A DNA stretch of 64,000 bases from Bacillota bacterium (GTDB lineage: Bacteria; Bacillota; Dethiobacteria; SKNC01). The notes beneath the pieces are model-generated. The model was not told the DNA's origin. It did not search any database and saw only the letters and a list, made by a program, of their open reading frames with translations. The stretch is from positions 3 through 64,002 of the forward strand of contig SKNC01000040.1 of NCBI GenBank assembly GCA_007120745.1, in the 5' to 3' direction. Positions within the stretch are counted from its first letter, which is position 1. Each line of letters starts with the position of its first letter. Position numbers and translations under genes: made by a program. This document shows, one piece after another, positions 10,986-20,583 of the stretch.

Positions 10986-12586
10986 AACTCTCCCAGCACC
11001 ACCTGGGCAATGTTGGTGGCATGGTCAGCAATCCGTTCATAGTTGCTGAGAATATCCAGGTATACCACCCCGGAAGAGGGCAGGCAGCGCTTATAATTGA
11101 TCCTTTCAATATGGTTTTTCCGCAAACTTTTTTCCATGTTGTCCACCAAATCATCTTCTTCAATCACGGTACGGGCAACTTCAAAGTCATCATTTTCAAA
11201 GGCGATAATCACTTTCTCCAGCATCTGGTCCACCGTTTTGTGCATGGCCCGCAGGTCATCCAGGGCTTCTTTAGAAAACCGAAGCCGGTCCCCCGCCTTA
11301 ATGTCCGCCAGATTGGATATGGTCTGGGCATGGTCTCCGATTCTTTCCAGGTCGTTTAAGGCATGCATCAACCCTGCCACCTTGTTGGACTGGTCAATGG
11401 TCAAGGAGTGCACGGACAGCTCCGCCAGGTACGTGGTAATTTCCTTTTCCAGGCTGTCCAAAATATCTTCGGTCTGGTCCACCTGAGTCATCAATTTATG
11501 GTCCTCCTTGATAAAGGCCTGGGTGGCATCCCTTACCATCTCCCTGGCCAGGGCAGCCATACGCAATGCCTCTTTCTGGGCAGAGCCAATGGCCACCGCC
11601 GGGGTTTTCAACATTCTCTTGTCCAGATATTTGGGTCCCATTCCCACGCCCCCCTCATCCCCGGGAAGAACCCGGGTTATGAATTTCACAAAGGGGGTAA
11701 AGAAAGGTATCATGATGACCGTATTGGCTATATTGAACACCGTGTGGGCATTGGCAACCTGCCGGGGTACAGTGCCGGCGGTTTGTATCATCAGCTCGGA
11801 AAACGGGTGCAGTATCGCCAGAAACAGTAAGGAACCTGTGACATTAAAGGCAATATGGGCTACAGCCGCCCGCCTGGCAGAAAGGGACGTCCCCAAACTG
11901 GCCAGAATGGCGGTGATACAGGTTCCAATATTGGTTCCTAAAATCAGGCTCATGGCAGAAGAAAAGGTGAGTAAATCCTGGAGAGTCAGGGCGATAATCA
12001 CCCCGGTGGCAGCGCTGGAACTTTGAACGGCTGCGGTGAACAGGGCACCTACCAGCATCCCCAAAAGGGGATTGTGGGAAAAGCTGGCCAGCATGTCGAT
12101 AAAGAAGGGTAATTCCCGTAAGGGACTTAAGGCATTAGACATGGTAGTCATGCCCAAAAATAAAAGGCCGAAACCTAAAATGGCCTGACCAATATATCGT
12201 TTGAGCCTTCTCTTACAGAAAAAATTAAGCACCGCGCCCAGTCCGATGGCCGGAAGAGCAATGACATCCAGCTCAAATGAAATAGCCTGGGCAGTAATGG
12301 TGGTTCCAATGTTAGCCCCCATAATGGTTCCTACCGCCTGGGACAGATTCATAAGCCCGGCGTTGGCAAAGCCCACAACCATCACCGTGGTGGTACTGCT
12401 GCTCTGCACCAGCACCGTCACTATGATCCCGGTGAGCACCGCCACAAAACGGTTAGAGGTTAACACTTCCAATATTTTCCTCAGCTTGTCCCCGGCTGCT
12501 TTCTGCATGCCGGAGGCCATAATCTGCATTCCAAAAAGAAAAAGCCCCAGGCCCCCTGCCAGGCCCATCAGTATCTGCCAGGTCAT
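10982..12586 (-). CDS. Na+/phosphate cotransporter with PhoU domain
   Basis: Twice-repeated QSSS...GANIGTT / GTNIGTC motifs and a C-terminal PhoU-like region (LERIGDHA, YERIADHA). Confidence 0.93.
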   Translation of the reverse strand: MTWQILMGLAGGLGLFLFGMQIMASGMQKAAGDKLRKILEVLTSNRFVAVLTGIIVTVLVQSSSTTTVMVVGFANAGLMNLSQAVGTIMGANIGTTITAQAISFELDVIALPAIGLGAVLNFFCKRRLKRYIGQAILGFGLLFLGMTTMSNALSPLRELPFFIDMLASFSHNPLLGMLVGALFTAAVQSSSAATGVIIALTLQDLLTFSSAMSLILGTNIGTCITAILASLGTSLSARRAAVAHIAFNVTGSLLFLAILHPFSELMIQTAGTVPRQVANAHTVFNIANTVIMIPFFTPFVKFITRVLPGDEGGVGMGPKYLDKRMLKTPAVAIGSAQKEALRMAALAREMVRDATQAFIKEDHKLMTQVDQTEDILDSLEKEITTYLAELSVHSLTIDQSNKVAGLMHALNDLERIGDHAQTISNLADIKAGDRLRFSKEALDDLRAMHKTVDQMLEKVIIAFENDDFEVARTVIEEDDLVDNMEKSLRKNHIERINYKRCLPSSGVVYLDILSNYERIADHATNIAQVVLGEF

Positions 12587-12918
12587 AGGCGCATTCCTGC
12601 CTTCCCCGTTGAATTGACAGAAAACTCTGCCATAAATTCATGGTACCGATAATTTCTGCAAAAGGCACAGCACTTTTATTATAAAACATTAATTCTGCTT
12701 TTACAATCCTGCTCCGGCCTTATTTTATTTTTTTCTTCGGTGACCTGTCAGGCAGGAGATTGAGAAATCAAGTAAAATGGAGCCTGGCGGGTTGTGTAGA
12801 ATTTTGTCTGTGGCCGGAAAATATTTCTTTCCAAAGAAGCTGCTCTGTGAAAACCTATAAAAAATTAAGCACCGAATTAATAAGACAAAGGCCCGTAAGT
12901 GCAAATGGTCCGCAGGGC

Positions 12919-12956
12919 TTGACCTGAGGGCGAAACATACTTTATAATAACTCTAA
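12919..12956 (+). promoter_or_regulatory. sigmaA promoter of rubrerythrin overlapped by a PerR-like box
   Basis: TTGACC-N18-TATAAT; TTATAATAACTCTAA differs from TTATAATNATTATAA at 2 positions. Confidence 0.6.
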
Positions 12957-13044
12957 GTTGATAATTATTTTCCTTCATTGAGCCGCCCCCGCTCCCCGGA
13001 ACAACCTGGCGGTTCAAAATCCTATGGAAAGAGGTGCATTACAT

Positions 13045-13542
13045 ATGAAAACCAAAGAAAACCTGATGACGGCATTTGCTGGAGAATCCCAGGCAAACCG
13101 GAAATACCTGGCCTTTGCAAAGAAGGCCGAAAAGGAAGGATTCAAGAACATCGCCAGAATATTTACGGCCATTGCCGAAGCGGAAACTTCCCATGCCCTG
13201 AAACATTTTGAGGTGGCCGGAAAAGTGGGAAGCACCCTGGAAAACATGCAGAGTGCCGTAGAGGGTGAAAAGTATGAAGTAACCCAGATGTATCCGGAAT
13301 TTATTGAAGCCGCCAAAGCCGAAGGCCAGGACAAAGCCCTGAAGTCCTTTGAATATGCCATTGAAGCGGAAAAGGTCCATCATGAAACCTTTCAGGATCT
13401 GAAATCCCTGGTGGAACAGGGAAAAGACATGGAGGATAAAGAAGTGCTTATGTGCCCCATCTGCGGTTGGGTAGGCACCGAGCCCGCTCCGGAAAAATGC
13501 CCTATCTGCGGCGCCGCATCCAAAGTGTTCAAGTCTTACTAA
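13045..13542 (+). CDS. rbr: Rubrerythrin
   Basis: AFAGESQA, AETSHA, EKVH di-iron ligands and a C-terminal CPICG...CPICG rubredoxin-like site. Start refined to MKTKE. Confidence 0.95.
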   Translation: MKTKENLMTAFAGESQANRKYLAFAKKAEKEGFKNIARIFTAIAEAETSHALKHFEVAGKVGSTLENMQSAVEGEKYEVTQMYPEFIEAAKAEGQDKALKSFEYAIEAEKVHHETFQDLKSLVEQGKDMEDKEVLMCPICGWVGTEPAPEKCPICGAASKVFKSY

Positions 13543-13565
13543 CCTAACCCTGTACGTCAAGATTG

Positions 13566-13608
13566 GCGGGGGAATTCCCGGGGTCAACAACGCCGGGAAT
13601 TCCCCCGC
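13566..13608. terminator. Strong hairpin between convergent rbr and metA
   Basis: Perfect 16-bp inverted repeat GCGGGGGAATTCCCGG / CCGGGAATTCCCCCGC with an 11-nt loop. Confidence 0.8.
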
Positions 13609-13610
13609 TT

Positions 13611-14558
13611 TCAATTTTTGGAGGAACAGTGGATTTCTAATTTTTTTATGTCATTCAGGTCGTAAGGTGTTTCCTGGTATACGTTATAATTGAGCCAGTT
13701 TGTAAAAAGCAGGTTGGCATGGCTTCTCCAGTTGACCAGGGGAGATTTTGACGGGTCGTCATGGGGAAAATAGTTTTTGGGCACGGCAATATCCAGCCCT
13801 TTATTGATATCACGTTCATATTCAGCTTTCAAGGTACTGGGGTCATATTCCGAATGGCCGGTTACAAAAACCTGCCGCCCGTTTTTTTCCGCCACTATAT
13901 ATGCTCCTGCCTCCTTGGACTCCGATAAAATTTCCAGTTCAGGCACCTTTTCAACGTCTTCTCTTTTTATTTCCGTATGCCGGGAATGAGGAGCAAAGAA
14001 GTAATCATCAAAACCCCGTAACAGGGGCACGTTTTTTTTACATGCCCGGTGAGGAAAAACACCGAAAATCTTGGTGGTAAGAGGATACTTATTAATTCCA
14101 TAATGATAGTAGAGTCCCGCCTGGGCAGCCACACAGATATGAAGAGTTGAAAATACATGGCTCCGGCTCCAGTCCATGATATCCTGTAATTCCTCCCAGT
14201 AACATATGTCTTCAAATTCCAGGTGTTCAACCGGCGCACCGGTGATCACCATGCCGTCGAATTTCTTATCCTTTATTTCATCAAAGGTATTATAAAATTT
14301 AGATAGATGCTCCTCCGGCGTATTTTTAGAATCATGTTCCTTGATGCGCAGAAGGCAGATATCCACCTGCAGCGGAGAATTCCCCAGCAGGCGCAGAATC
14401 TGTGTTTCAGTAACAATCTTTAGTGGCATCAGATTCAGTATGACGATCTGCAGTTCCCTGATATCCTGGCTCCTGGCTCGCTCTTCCGACATAACAAAAA
14501 TATTCTCTCCCCTGAGAATTTCAAATGCCGGGAGGTTGTTTGGAATTTTTATGGGCAT
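13611..14558 (-). CDS. metA: Homoserine O-acetyltransferase (MetA family)
   Basis: MPIKIP, LNLMP, TGAPVE (Glu indicates acetyl rather than succinyl specificity), HSRHT, TGHSEYD. Confidence 0.95.
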   Translation of the reverse strand: MPIKIPNNLPAFEILRGENIFVMSEERARSQDIRELQIVILNLMPLKIVTETQILRLLGNSPLQVDICLLRIKEHDSKNTPEEHLSKFYNTFDEIKDKKFDGMVITGAPVEHLEFEDICYWEELQDIMDWSRSHVFSTLHICVAAQAGLYYHYGINKYPLTTKIFGVFPHRACKKNVPLLRGFDDYFFAPHSRHTEIKREDVEKVPELEILSESKEAGAYIVAEKNGRQVFVTGHSEYDPSTLKAEYERDINKGLDIAVPKNYFPHDDPSKSPLVNWRSHANLLFTNWLNYNVYQETPYDLNDIKKLEIHCSSKN

Positions 14559-14589
14559 CTCTCCACCCCTTTCTTTTAGCTGATTTTTA

Positions 14590-15879
14590 TTAAAGCCGTG
14601 CTTTTTTAAGAGCCTGTTCTAAATCATAGATCAGGTCTTCTGCATCCTCCAGCCCTATAGAAAGCCTGATCATATCCGGTGTTACTCCCGCAGCCAGCTG
14701 TTCCTTCTGGGTAAGCTGGGCATGAGTGGTGCTGGCCGGGTGAATAACCAGGGATTTGGCGTCTGCCACGTTGGCCAGCAGCGAGAAAATTTCCAGGCTG
14801 TTGATAAATTTCTTCGCCGCCTCAGTTCCTCCCTTAATTCCAAAGGTAAATATGGATCCAACTCCCCGGGGGAAATACTTTTGGGCCAGCGGGTAGTACC
14901 TGCTGGCTTCCAGCCCGGGATAGTTTACCCACAAAACCTGGGGATGGCCCTTTAAAAGGTCAATCATTTTTGTTGTATTGGCTCCATGCCGTTCTATCCG
15001 CAGGGAGAGGGTCTCCAGGCCCTGAAGGAACAGAAAAGAGTTAAAGGGGCTTAGAGAAGCTCCGGTATCCCGGAGGAGCTGCACCCTGGCCTTTACTATG
15101 TATGCCAGGGAACCGAAGGCCTCCACGTAATTGAGGCCGTGGTAGCTGGGGTCCGGCTCCGTCAGCCCGGGAAACCGGCCGCTTTCTTTCCAGTCAAATT
15201 TTCCGGAATCCACAATAATCCCGCCGATGGAGGTTCCGTGGCCTCCGATAAATTTTGTGGCCGAATGAACTATAATATCGGCACCGAATTCTGCGGGCCT
15301 GATGAGATAGGGGGTAGCAAAAGTATTATCCACGATTAATGGTACCCCTTCCTCATGGGCCATATGAGCCACTGCTTCAATATCAATCAGGTTGATCCCG
15401 GGGTTACCGATGGTTTCTATAAAAATAGCCTTTGTTTTTTTGTTTACTGCCTTCTTAAAATTTTCTGGGTTGTCCGGATCTACAAAAGTTGTTTTAATCC
15501 CCAGTCTGGGCAGGGTAATAGAAAACAGGTTATATGTGCCGCCGTACAGGGTACTGGCAGACACAATTTCATCCCCCGCCCCTGCAATATTCAGCACGGC
15601 ACAGGTAATTGCAGCAGAACCCGAAGCTGCGGCTAAGGCCCCTGCCCCACCCTCCAGGGCCGCCATTCTCTGTTCAAACACATCGGTGGTGGGATTCATA
15701 ATTCGGGTATATATATTTCCAAACTCCTTCAGGGCAAACAAATCTGCCGCATGCTCCGTGCTGTCAAACAAGTATGAGGTGGTCTGGTAAATGGGGACAG
15801 CCCTGGAGCCTGTGGCCGGGTCAGGTTTTTGGCCTGCATGCACCTGCAGGGTATCAAATTTTAATTTTCTCTGGTTCAT
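14590..15879 (-). CDS. metY: O-acetylhomoserine sulfhydrylase
   Basis: [26 protein letters not shown] (PLP lysine), [10 protein letters not shown]. Start refined to MNQRK. Confidence 0.95.
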   Translation of the reverse strand: MNQRKLKFDTLQVHAGQKPDPATGSRAVPIYQTTSYLFDSTEHAADLFALKEFGNIYTRIMNPTTDVFEQRMAALEGGAGALAAASGSAAITCAVLNIAGAGDEIVSASTLYGGTYNLFSITLPRLGIKTTFVDPDNPENFKKAVNKKTKAIFIETIGNPGINLIDIEAVAHMAHEEGVPLIVDNTFATPYLIRPAEFGADIIVHSATKFIGGHGTSIGGIIVDSGKFDWKESGRFPGLTEPDPSYHGLNYVEAFGSLAYIVKARVQLLRDTGASLSPFNSFLFLQGLETLSLRIERHGANTTKMIDLLKGHPQVLWVNYPGLEASRYYPLAQKYFPRGVGSIFTFGIKGGTEAAKKFINSLEIFSLLANVADAKSLVIHPASTTHAQLTQKEQLAAGVTPDMIRLSIGLEDAEDLIYDLEQALKKARL

Positions 15880-16088
15880 TTTTTCTCTTCCTTCCTTCGG
15901 TATTTCTGGAAAATAAAATTGGCCTTCGTGGGAATAATTTTTTCCCAATCATAATAGTCCTTGTAGGCAGCGTAAATCCTTATAGGTAATATAGCCCTTG
16001 TCAGTAGTATGGCCAAAACAACGGAGTTCAGCCGCATACGTTCCAATTAACTGCAGTTATTCATGGATACTGCTGCCCCGGTGCTCCA

Positions 16089-17255
16089 TTACAGCATGTG
16101 TGGGGTCAGGGGAGACATCTCCCTGAGGTTATGAATAACCCCGGGTAAAACCTCTATGACGTAATCCACATCTTCTTCCGTATTATTTTTGCCCAGGGTA
16201 AGCCTCAAAGAACCGTGGGCGATTTCGTGAGAGAGGCCCATTGCCAGCAGCACGTGGGAGGGATTCAGGGAACCGGAAGTGCAGGCTGATCCACTGGAGG
16301 CCATTATGCCCAGATTATCCAGCATTAAAAGGATGGACTCCCCTTCCACAAACTCAAAACAGACGCTGACATGGCCGGGAATACGGTGAACCGGGTGGCC
16401 GGTCAGCCGGGTGCAGGGAATATTATTCAATATGCCGTCCTTCAGCCGCTCCGCCAGATAAACTAACGTTTCATTTCTTTCCAGGAGGTTCTGCCGTGCC
16501 AGTTCGGCAGCTTTTCCAAAGCCCACGACTCCCGGCACGTTCTCCGTTCCCGGCCTTTTTTTTCTTTCCTGCGCTCCGCCGTGAAGGTAATTCTTTATCC
16601 GCGTCCCCTTTCTTATATATAAACACCCTGCTCCCTTGGGACCATAAATCTTGTGGCTGGAAGCAGAAAGCATGTCAACCCCCAGGTCTTCTACATTTAC
16701 GGGAATCTTCCCCACAGACTGCACGGCATCGGTATGAAAAACGGCTCCGGCGCTGCGGCTGACAGCCGCCAGTTCCTTCAGGGGCTGTATAGTGCCCACC
16801 TCATTATTGGCATGCATAATGGACACCAGGAGGGTATTTGCTTTTAATGCCGACCTCAAATCATCCGGATCTACCAGTCCCTCAGGACTCACCGGAAGCA
16901 CCGTCAGCTCAAAACCCTGCTTTTCCAAAAAGCGGCAGGCATCCAAAACTGCGTGATGTTCCACGGCAGAGGTGATGACGTGATTTCCCCTGTTCCTGTT
17001 TCTCAGCATGTAAGAAATAATGGCCTGGTTTGCGGCTTCGGTTCCTCCACCGGTAAAATATACTTCACCGGGCTGCGCATTGATTAACGATGCCACCTGT
17101 TCCCTGGCTTTCTCCACCGCCTCTTTGGCTTCCCGGCCCAGGGAATAAATAGTAGATGGATTGCCATAGCTGGCCATAAAGTAAGGTTTTATGGCCTGAT
17201 AAACCTGCGGGTCAGCCGGTGTGGTGGCGCTGTGATCCATGTACACCTGTTTCAT
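16089..17255 (-). CDS. nifS: Cysteine desulfurase, group I (NifS/IscS)
   Basis: DHSATT, SSHKIYGPKG (PLP lysine), SSGSACTS (catalytic Cys). Confidence 0.96.
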   Translation of the reverse strand: MKQVYMDHSATTPADPQVYQAIKPYFMASYGNPSTIYSLGREAKEAVEKAREQVASLINAQPGEVYFTGGGTEAANQAIISYMLRNRNRGNHVITSAVEHHAVLDACRFLEKQGFELTVLPVSPEGLVDPDDLRSALKANTLLVSIMHANNEVGTIQPLKELAAVSRSAGAVFHTDAVQSVGKIPVNVEDLGVDMLSASSHKIYGPKGAGCLYIRKGTRIKNYLHGGAQERKKRPGTENVPGVVGFGKAAELARQNLLERNETLVYLAERLKDGILNNIPCTRLTGHPVHRIPGHVSVCFEFVEGESILLMLDNLGIMASSGSACTSGSLNPSHVLLAMGLSHEIAHGSLRLTLGKNNTEEDVDYVIEVLPGVIHNLREMSPLTPHML

Positions 17256-17314
17256 AAGTTAACTCCTCCCTGTTGATTTTTTTTTCCTTTAGGTATTCAT
17301 ACAACCATGGAGAC

Positions 17315-17349
17315 ATTATACTATATATCCTATAGAATTACTAGGTTAT
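17315..17349 (-). promoter_or_regulatory. nifS -10 box with an upstream imperfect palindrome (Rrf2-type operator candidate)
   Basis: TATAAT at 17315-17320; ATATCCTATAGAATTACTAGGTTAT at 17325-17349 covers the expected -35 position. Confidence 0.5.
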
Positions 17350-17427
17350 TATTTAACATTTTTCTGGCTGCTTTCTCCCTTTAATGATGCGGCTTTTCTG
17401 CTGGGTTTTTCCTTATAAAATAAGAAA

Positions 17428-17462
17428 CCCATGCAGGAAACTGTACTGCTTCCCTGCATGGG
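17428..17462 (-). terminator. Terminator after spoIIR
   Basis: CCCATGCAGG / CCTGCATGGG stem followed by TTTCTTATTTT on the minus strand. Confidence 0.75.
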
Positions 17463-17519
17463 ATGTTTAACTGAAAAATATTTACGGCTTCATATTTCTT
17501 TTACTTTCCCCGACATACA

Positions 17520-18290
17520 TTAATTGCTGCGGCCGGAACCGTAGTAGGAGGGTAGAAAACTGCTGACCCATTCCACCACCCGGAAACGAACTTCTACTTC
17601 GTTATGGGATTTTTCCGCTGCTTCTTCGCTGCAGGACTCTCCCGGTGAAGGGGCCTGTTTTTCCTTTGAATTGTGGGAAACCGGGTTAGCGGAAACGCTG
17701 TCTCCGGCACAGCCCATATCCGAAATGGTCTCGCTCTCTCCATAGCTGTGATCCCGGCTTTTCTTCTCGGGTGCATGGGTAAAGCACAGGGGTGGGAAAA
17801 GGACGCACCACCAGTTCTCTCCTGCTCCGCTGCCGATGACAATCCTCAACGCTTCGTATTCCCCTGCGGGGAAATCACCGTACAGATACTGGCGGGGGGG
17901 AAACATTTCCCGCTGCAGGCTTACTTTCACCGGATGAGGAGTGCCCTCAGCCTGAAGAACCTGCTCCACCCTCTCCTGCACCAGGGGAATTTCCTCCAGC
18001 AGGGCCTGACGGGCCAGTTCCCTGGACCCGGTATCCTGAAGGCGGTCCCCCACGAAGGCCAGGACCTCCCGGGTGACCTGCTCCTTAACCTCCTGGTCCC
18101 GGGCCTCATCGCTGTGTGCCACCACGTGGAAGCGCAGGACCTCCTCCAGGTCCAGGGATTCTCCCCCGGACAGGAGGATTTTCTGTTCCGCTGTTTCCGG
18201 CTCCCGGGGAAGGTTTCCAAAAAACAATCCGCTGTACCCCTGTACTGCCATGACTGCCAGCATTATAAATATCCATAAAGGTCTTATCAT
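17520..18290 (-). CDS. spoIIR: Stage II sporulation protein R
   Basis: Signal peptide, LRFHVVAHSD..DQ..K, FP..Y.....PAGEYEALRIVIG.GAGENWWCVLFPPLCF; syntenic position after prmC. Confidence 0.95.
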   Translation of the reverse strand: MIRPLWIFIMLAVMAVQGYSGLFFGNLPREPETAEQKILLSGGESLDLEEVLRFHVVAHSDEARDQEVKEQVTREVLAFVGDRLQDTGSRELARQALLEEIPLVQERVEQVLQAEGTPHPVKVSLQREMFPPRQYLYGDFPAGEYEALRIVIGSGAGENWWCVLFPPLCFTHAPEKKSRDHSYGESETISDMGCAGDSVSANPVSHNSKEKQAPSPGESCSEEAAEKSHNEVEVRFRVVEWVSSFLPSYYGSGRSN

Positions 18291-18297
18291 AATATAT

Positions 18298-19083
18298 CTA
18301 CTCCTCTGACTGGAGGTTTTTGCGGATCATCTGCAGTGCGTTTTTTTCTATCCGGGAGACCTGGGCCTGGGAAATGCTGATCTCCTCCGCTACCTCCATC
18401 TGGGTTTTTCCCTCAAAAAATCTCATTTTCATAATATCTCTTTCCCGCTCCGGAAGCTTGTTCAGAGCTTCATTTATCGCCAGGTCCTCTACCCATAAGT
18501 CAGCGCTCTGTTTCTGGTCGCTGATCATGTCCATAACGTATACCGGGTCCGATGGGTCATTGAATACCGGCTCATGCAGGGATACAGGGTCGTAATTTGC
18601 ATTAAAGGCAAATACCACTTCTTCGCAGGTGATCCCCAGCTCTTTGGCAATATCCCCCACGGTGGGCTCTGCCTGGTTCACCCGGGCCAACTTCTCCCGG
18701 GTCTGCATGATTTTTTGTGCCAGGAGTTTCAGGGACCGGCTTACCCGTAAAGAACTGTTATCCCTGAGGTACCGTTTAATCTCTCCAATAATCATGGGCA
18801 CCGCATAGGTGGAAAACTGCACGTTCTGCCCCAGGTCAAAGTTATCGATGGCCTTCATCAACCCGATGCATCCCACCTGGAACAGGTCATCCACATATTC
18901 CCCACGGTTATTAAATTTTTTCATCACGCTGAGCACCAGTCGAAGGTTTCCGTTTATCAACTGTTCCCTTACCTCTTCTTCTCCCTGCCGCAGGCGCTGG
19001 AAAAGCGCCATAATTTCTTTATTACTCAGGGCGGGAAGCTTAAAGGTGTTCACTCCGCTAATTTCTACTTTTCGAGGCAGCAT
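18298..19083 (-). CDS. sigG: Sporulation sigma factor SigG (or SigG paralog)
   Basis: KVEISGVNT.KLP, GNLRLVLSV..FNNRGEYVDDLFQVGCIGLMKAIDNFDL, GKTQMEVAEEI.ISQAQVSR: the SigG-specific N-terminus and core. Confidence 0.92.
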   Translation of the reverse strand: MLPRKVEISGVNTFKLPALSNKEIMALFQRLRQGEEEVREQLINGNLRLVLSVMKKFNNRGEYVDDLFQVGCIGLMKAIDNFDLGQNVQFSTYAVPMIIGEIKRYLRDNSSLRVSRSLKLLAQKIMQTREKLARVNQAEPTVGDIAKELGITCEEVVFAFNANYDPVSLHEPVFNDPSDPVYVMDMISDQKQSADLWVEDLAINEALNKLPERERDIMKMRFFEGKTQMEVAEEISISQAQVSRIEKNALQMIRKNLQSEE

Positions 19084-19112
19084 AGTTGTCCCTCCTCACA
19101 CTTCTCTACTTT

Positions 19113-19142
19113 TAGTATTGCCAAATTTTAGCTGCCTTAGAC
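19113..19142 (-). promoter_or_regulatory. sigmaF/sigmaG-type promoter upstream of sigG
   Basis: Minus strand GTCTA-N15-GGCAATACTA against consensus GYATA-N15-GGnrAnAnTw (one mismatch). Confidence 0.65.
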
Positions 19143-19274
19143 ATGAAATTTATAATATTTTTGATATATGGTTAAATTAAGGGCAAAAATAAAAAACTCC
19201 CCAAAGGAAAAAGGGAAGTTAAAGCGAATTATAGTACAGTTAAAAAAATAACGTTTGATCCGGAGGGATTAAAT

Positions 19275-19694
19275 ATGAGCAAGTTAATTCGATTCGGGAT
19301 TTCCATGAATGAACAGCTTTTGGAAAAGTTTGACCGGCAGATTGTAAAGAAGGGCTATAACAATCGCTCCGAGGCCATCCGGGATCTGATTCGGGACCAG
19401 CTGGTACAGCTGGAGTGGGACAACGAAGACCAGGAGGTGGCAGGAACTGTCACCCTGGTTTATGACCACCATGTCCGGGGCCTTACCAACGTGCTGACGG
19501 AGATACAGCACGATTTCCATGACCTGGCCCTGTCCACCATGCACGTGCACCTGGACCACCACAACTGCCTGGAGGTGCTGGTGCTCAAGGGCAAAGCCTC
19601 CGATGCCCGAAAGCTGGCGGAAAAGCTGATCAGCATTAAGGGAGTCAAGCACGGCCAGCTCTCCATTACCAGCACCGGCAAGAACCTGGATTGA
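19275..19694 (+). CDS. nikR: Nickel-responsive transcriptional regulator
   Basis: Ribbon-helix-helix RFGISM...[11 protein letters not shown]; Ni site [16 protein letters not shown]. Confidence 0.96.
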   Translation: MSKLIRFGISMNEQLLEKFDRQIVKKGYNNRSEAIRDLIRDQLVQLEWDNEDQEVAGTVTLVYDHHVRGLTNVLTEIQHDFHDLALSTMHVHLDHHNCLEVLVLKGKASDARKLAEKLISIKGVKHGQLSITSTGKNLD

Positions 19695-19709
19695 GGTCCC
19701 CGGAGAGAA

Positions 19710-20573
19710 TTACCGGGAAGCCAGAAGTACCCGCTCAATGCCGCTGTAATCCTTCACTGCCTCCAGCCCTTTAAAACCAGCAGCTGCGGCCAGGGACATT
19801 ACCCCGGGAATCTGGCCCATTCCCACTTCCAGGGCGGCCATGCCCCGGGGCTCCAGAAAATCATGAATTCCGGAAAAAATTCGGTGGTAAAAGTCCAGGC
19901 CATCCTCCCCGCCGTCCAGGGCCAGAAGAGGCTCGTGGTCTTTTATTTCCCTTTGAAGAAAAGCCAGTTCCCCCGTAGGTATGTAGGGGGGGTTGGAAAC
20001 AATCACAGAAAAGGTAAGCCCCTGTAAAGGTATCAGGGGTTCCCAAAGGTCACCTTCCAGGAAGGTGATTTTTTCTTTCACCCCGTGACGGAGGGCATTT
20101 TCCCTGGCCAGAGCCAGGGCTTCCGGGGAAAGGTCCACAGCCCAGGCCAGGCATTGAGGGATTTTTTTTGCCAGGGTAACGGCTAAAACTCCGCTGCCGG
20201 TACACAGGTCCAGCAGGTTGAAAGGCTTTGAAAAACCCTCTGCGGCCCGGTCCATCACCGCCTGACAGAGAATTTCCGTCTCCGGCCGGGGAATCAGAAC
20301 CCCGGGGGTTACCTTAAACCCCAGGCCCATAAACTCTTTTTCCCCCACCAGGTAATGAAAGGGCACCCCCAAAGCCCTTTTTTCCACCAGTACGCGAAAG
20401 CGCTCCAGGGTCCGGCCGGGCAGCTCCTCCCGGGGGTGGGTGTAGATATAGGCCAGGCCTTTTTCCATGGCAAATGCCAGCAGAAGAGCCCCTTCGCTTT
20501 GATAACCGGGTATTCCCGCTTCTTTTAACGTCAGAGAAGCCCATCTCAGGGCTTCTTTAATGGTTTTCGTCAT
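19710..20573 (-). CDS. prmC: Release factor glutamine methyltransferase
   Basis: LIPRPETE, LDLCTGSG, SNPPYI, ALDGGEDGL. Confidence 0.97.
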   Translation of the reverse strand: MTKTIKEALRWASLTLKEAGIPGYQSEGALLLAFAMEKGLAYIYTHPREELPGRTLERFRVLVEKRALGVPFHYLVGEKEFMGLGFKVTPGVLIPRPETEILCQAVMDRAAEGFSKPFNLLDLCTGSGVLAVTLAKKIPQCLAWAVDLSPEALALARENALRHGVKEKITFLEGDLWEPLIPLQGLTFSVIVSNPPYIPTGELAFLQREIKDHEPLLALDGGEDGLDFYHRIFSGIHDFLEPRGMAALEVGMGQIPGVMSLAAAAGFKGLEAVKDYSGIERVLLASR

Positions 20574-20583
20574 CTCATTGTCC

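Noticed and set aside
15880-16088. SAM (S-box) or T-box riboswitch upstream of metY
   Set aside because: Read on the minus strand: no TTATC/AGAG..GGAGGGA..GGCCC core, no T-box GGTGG(A)ACC motif and no leader terminator.
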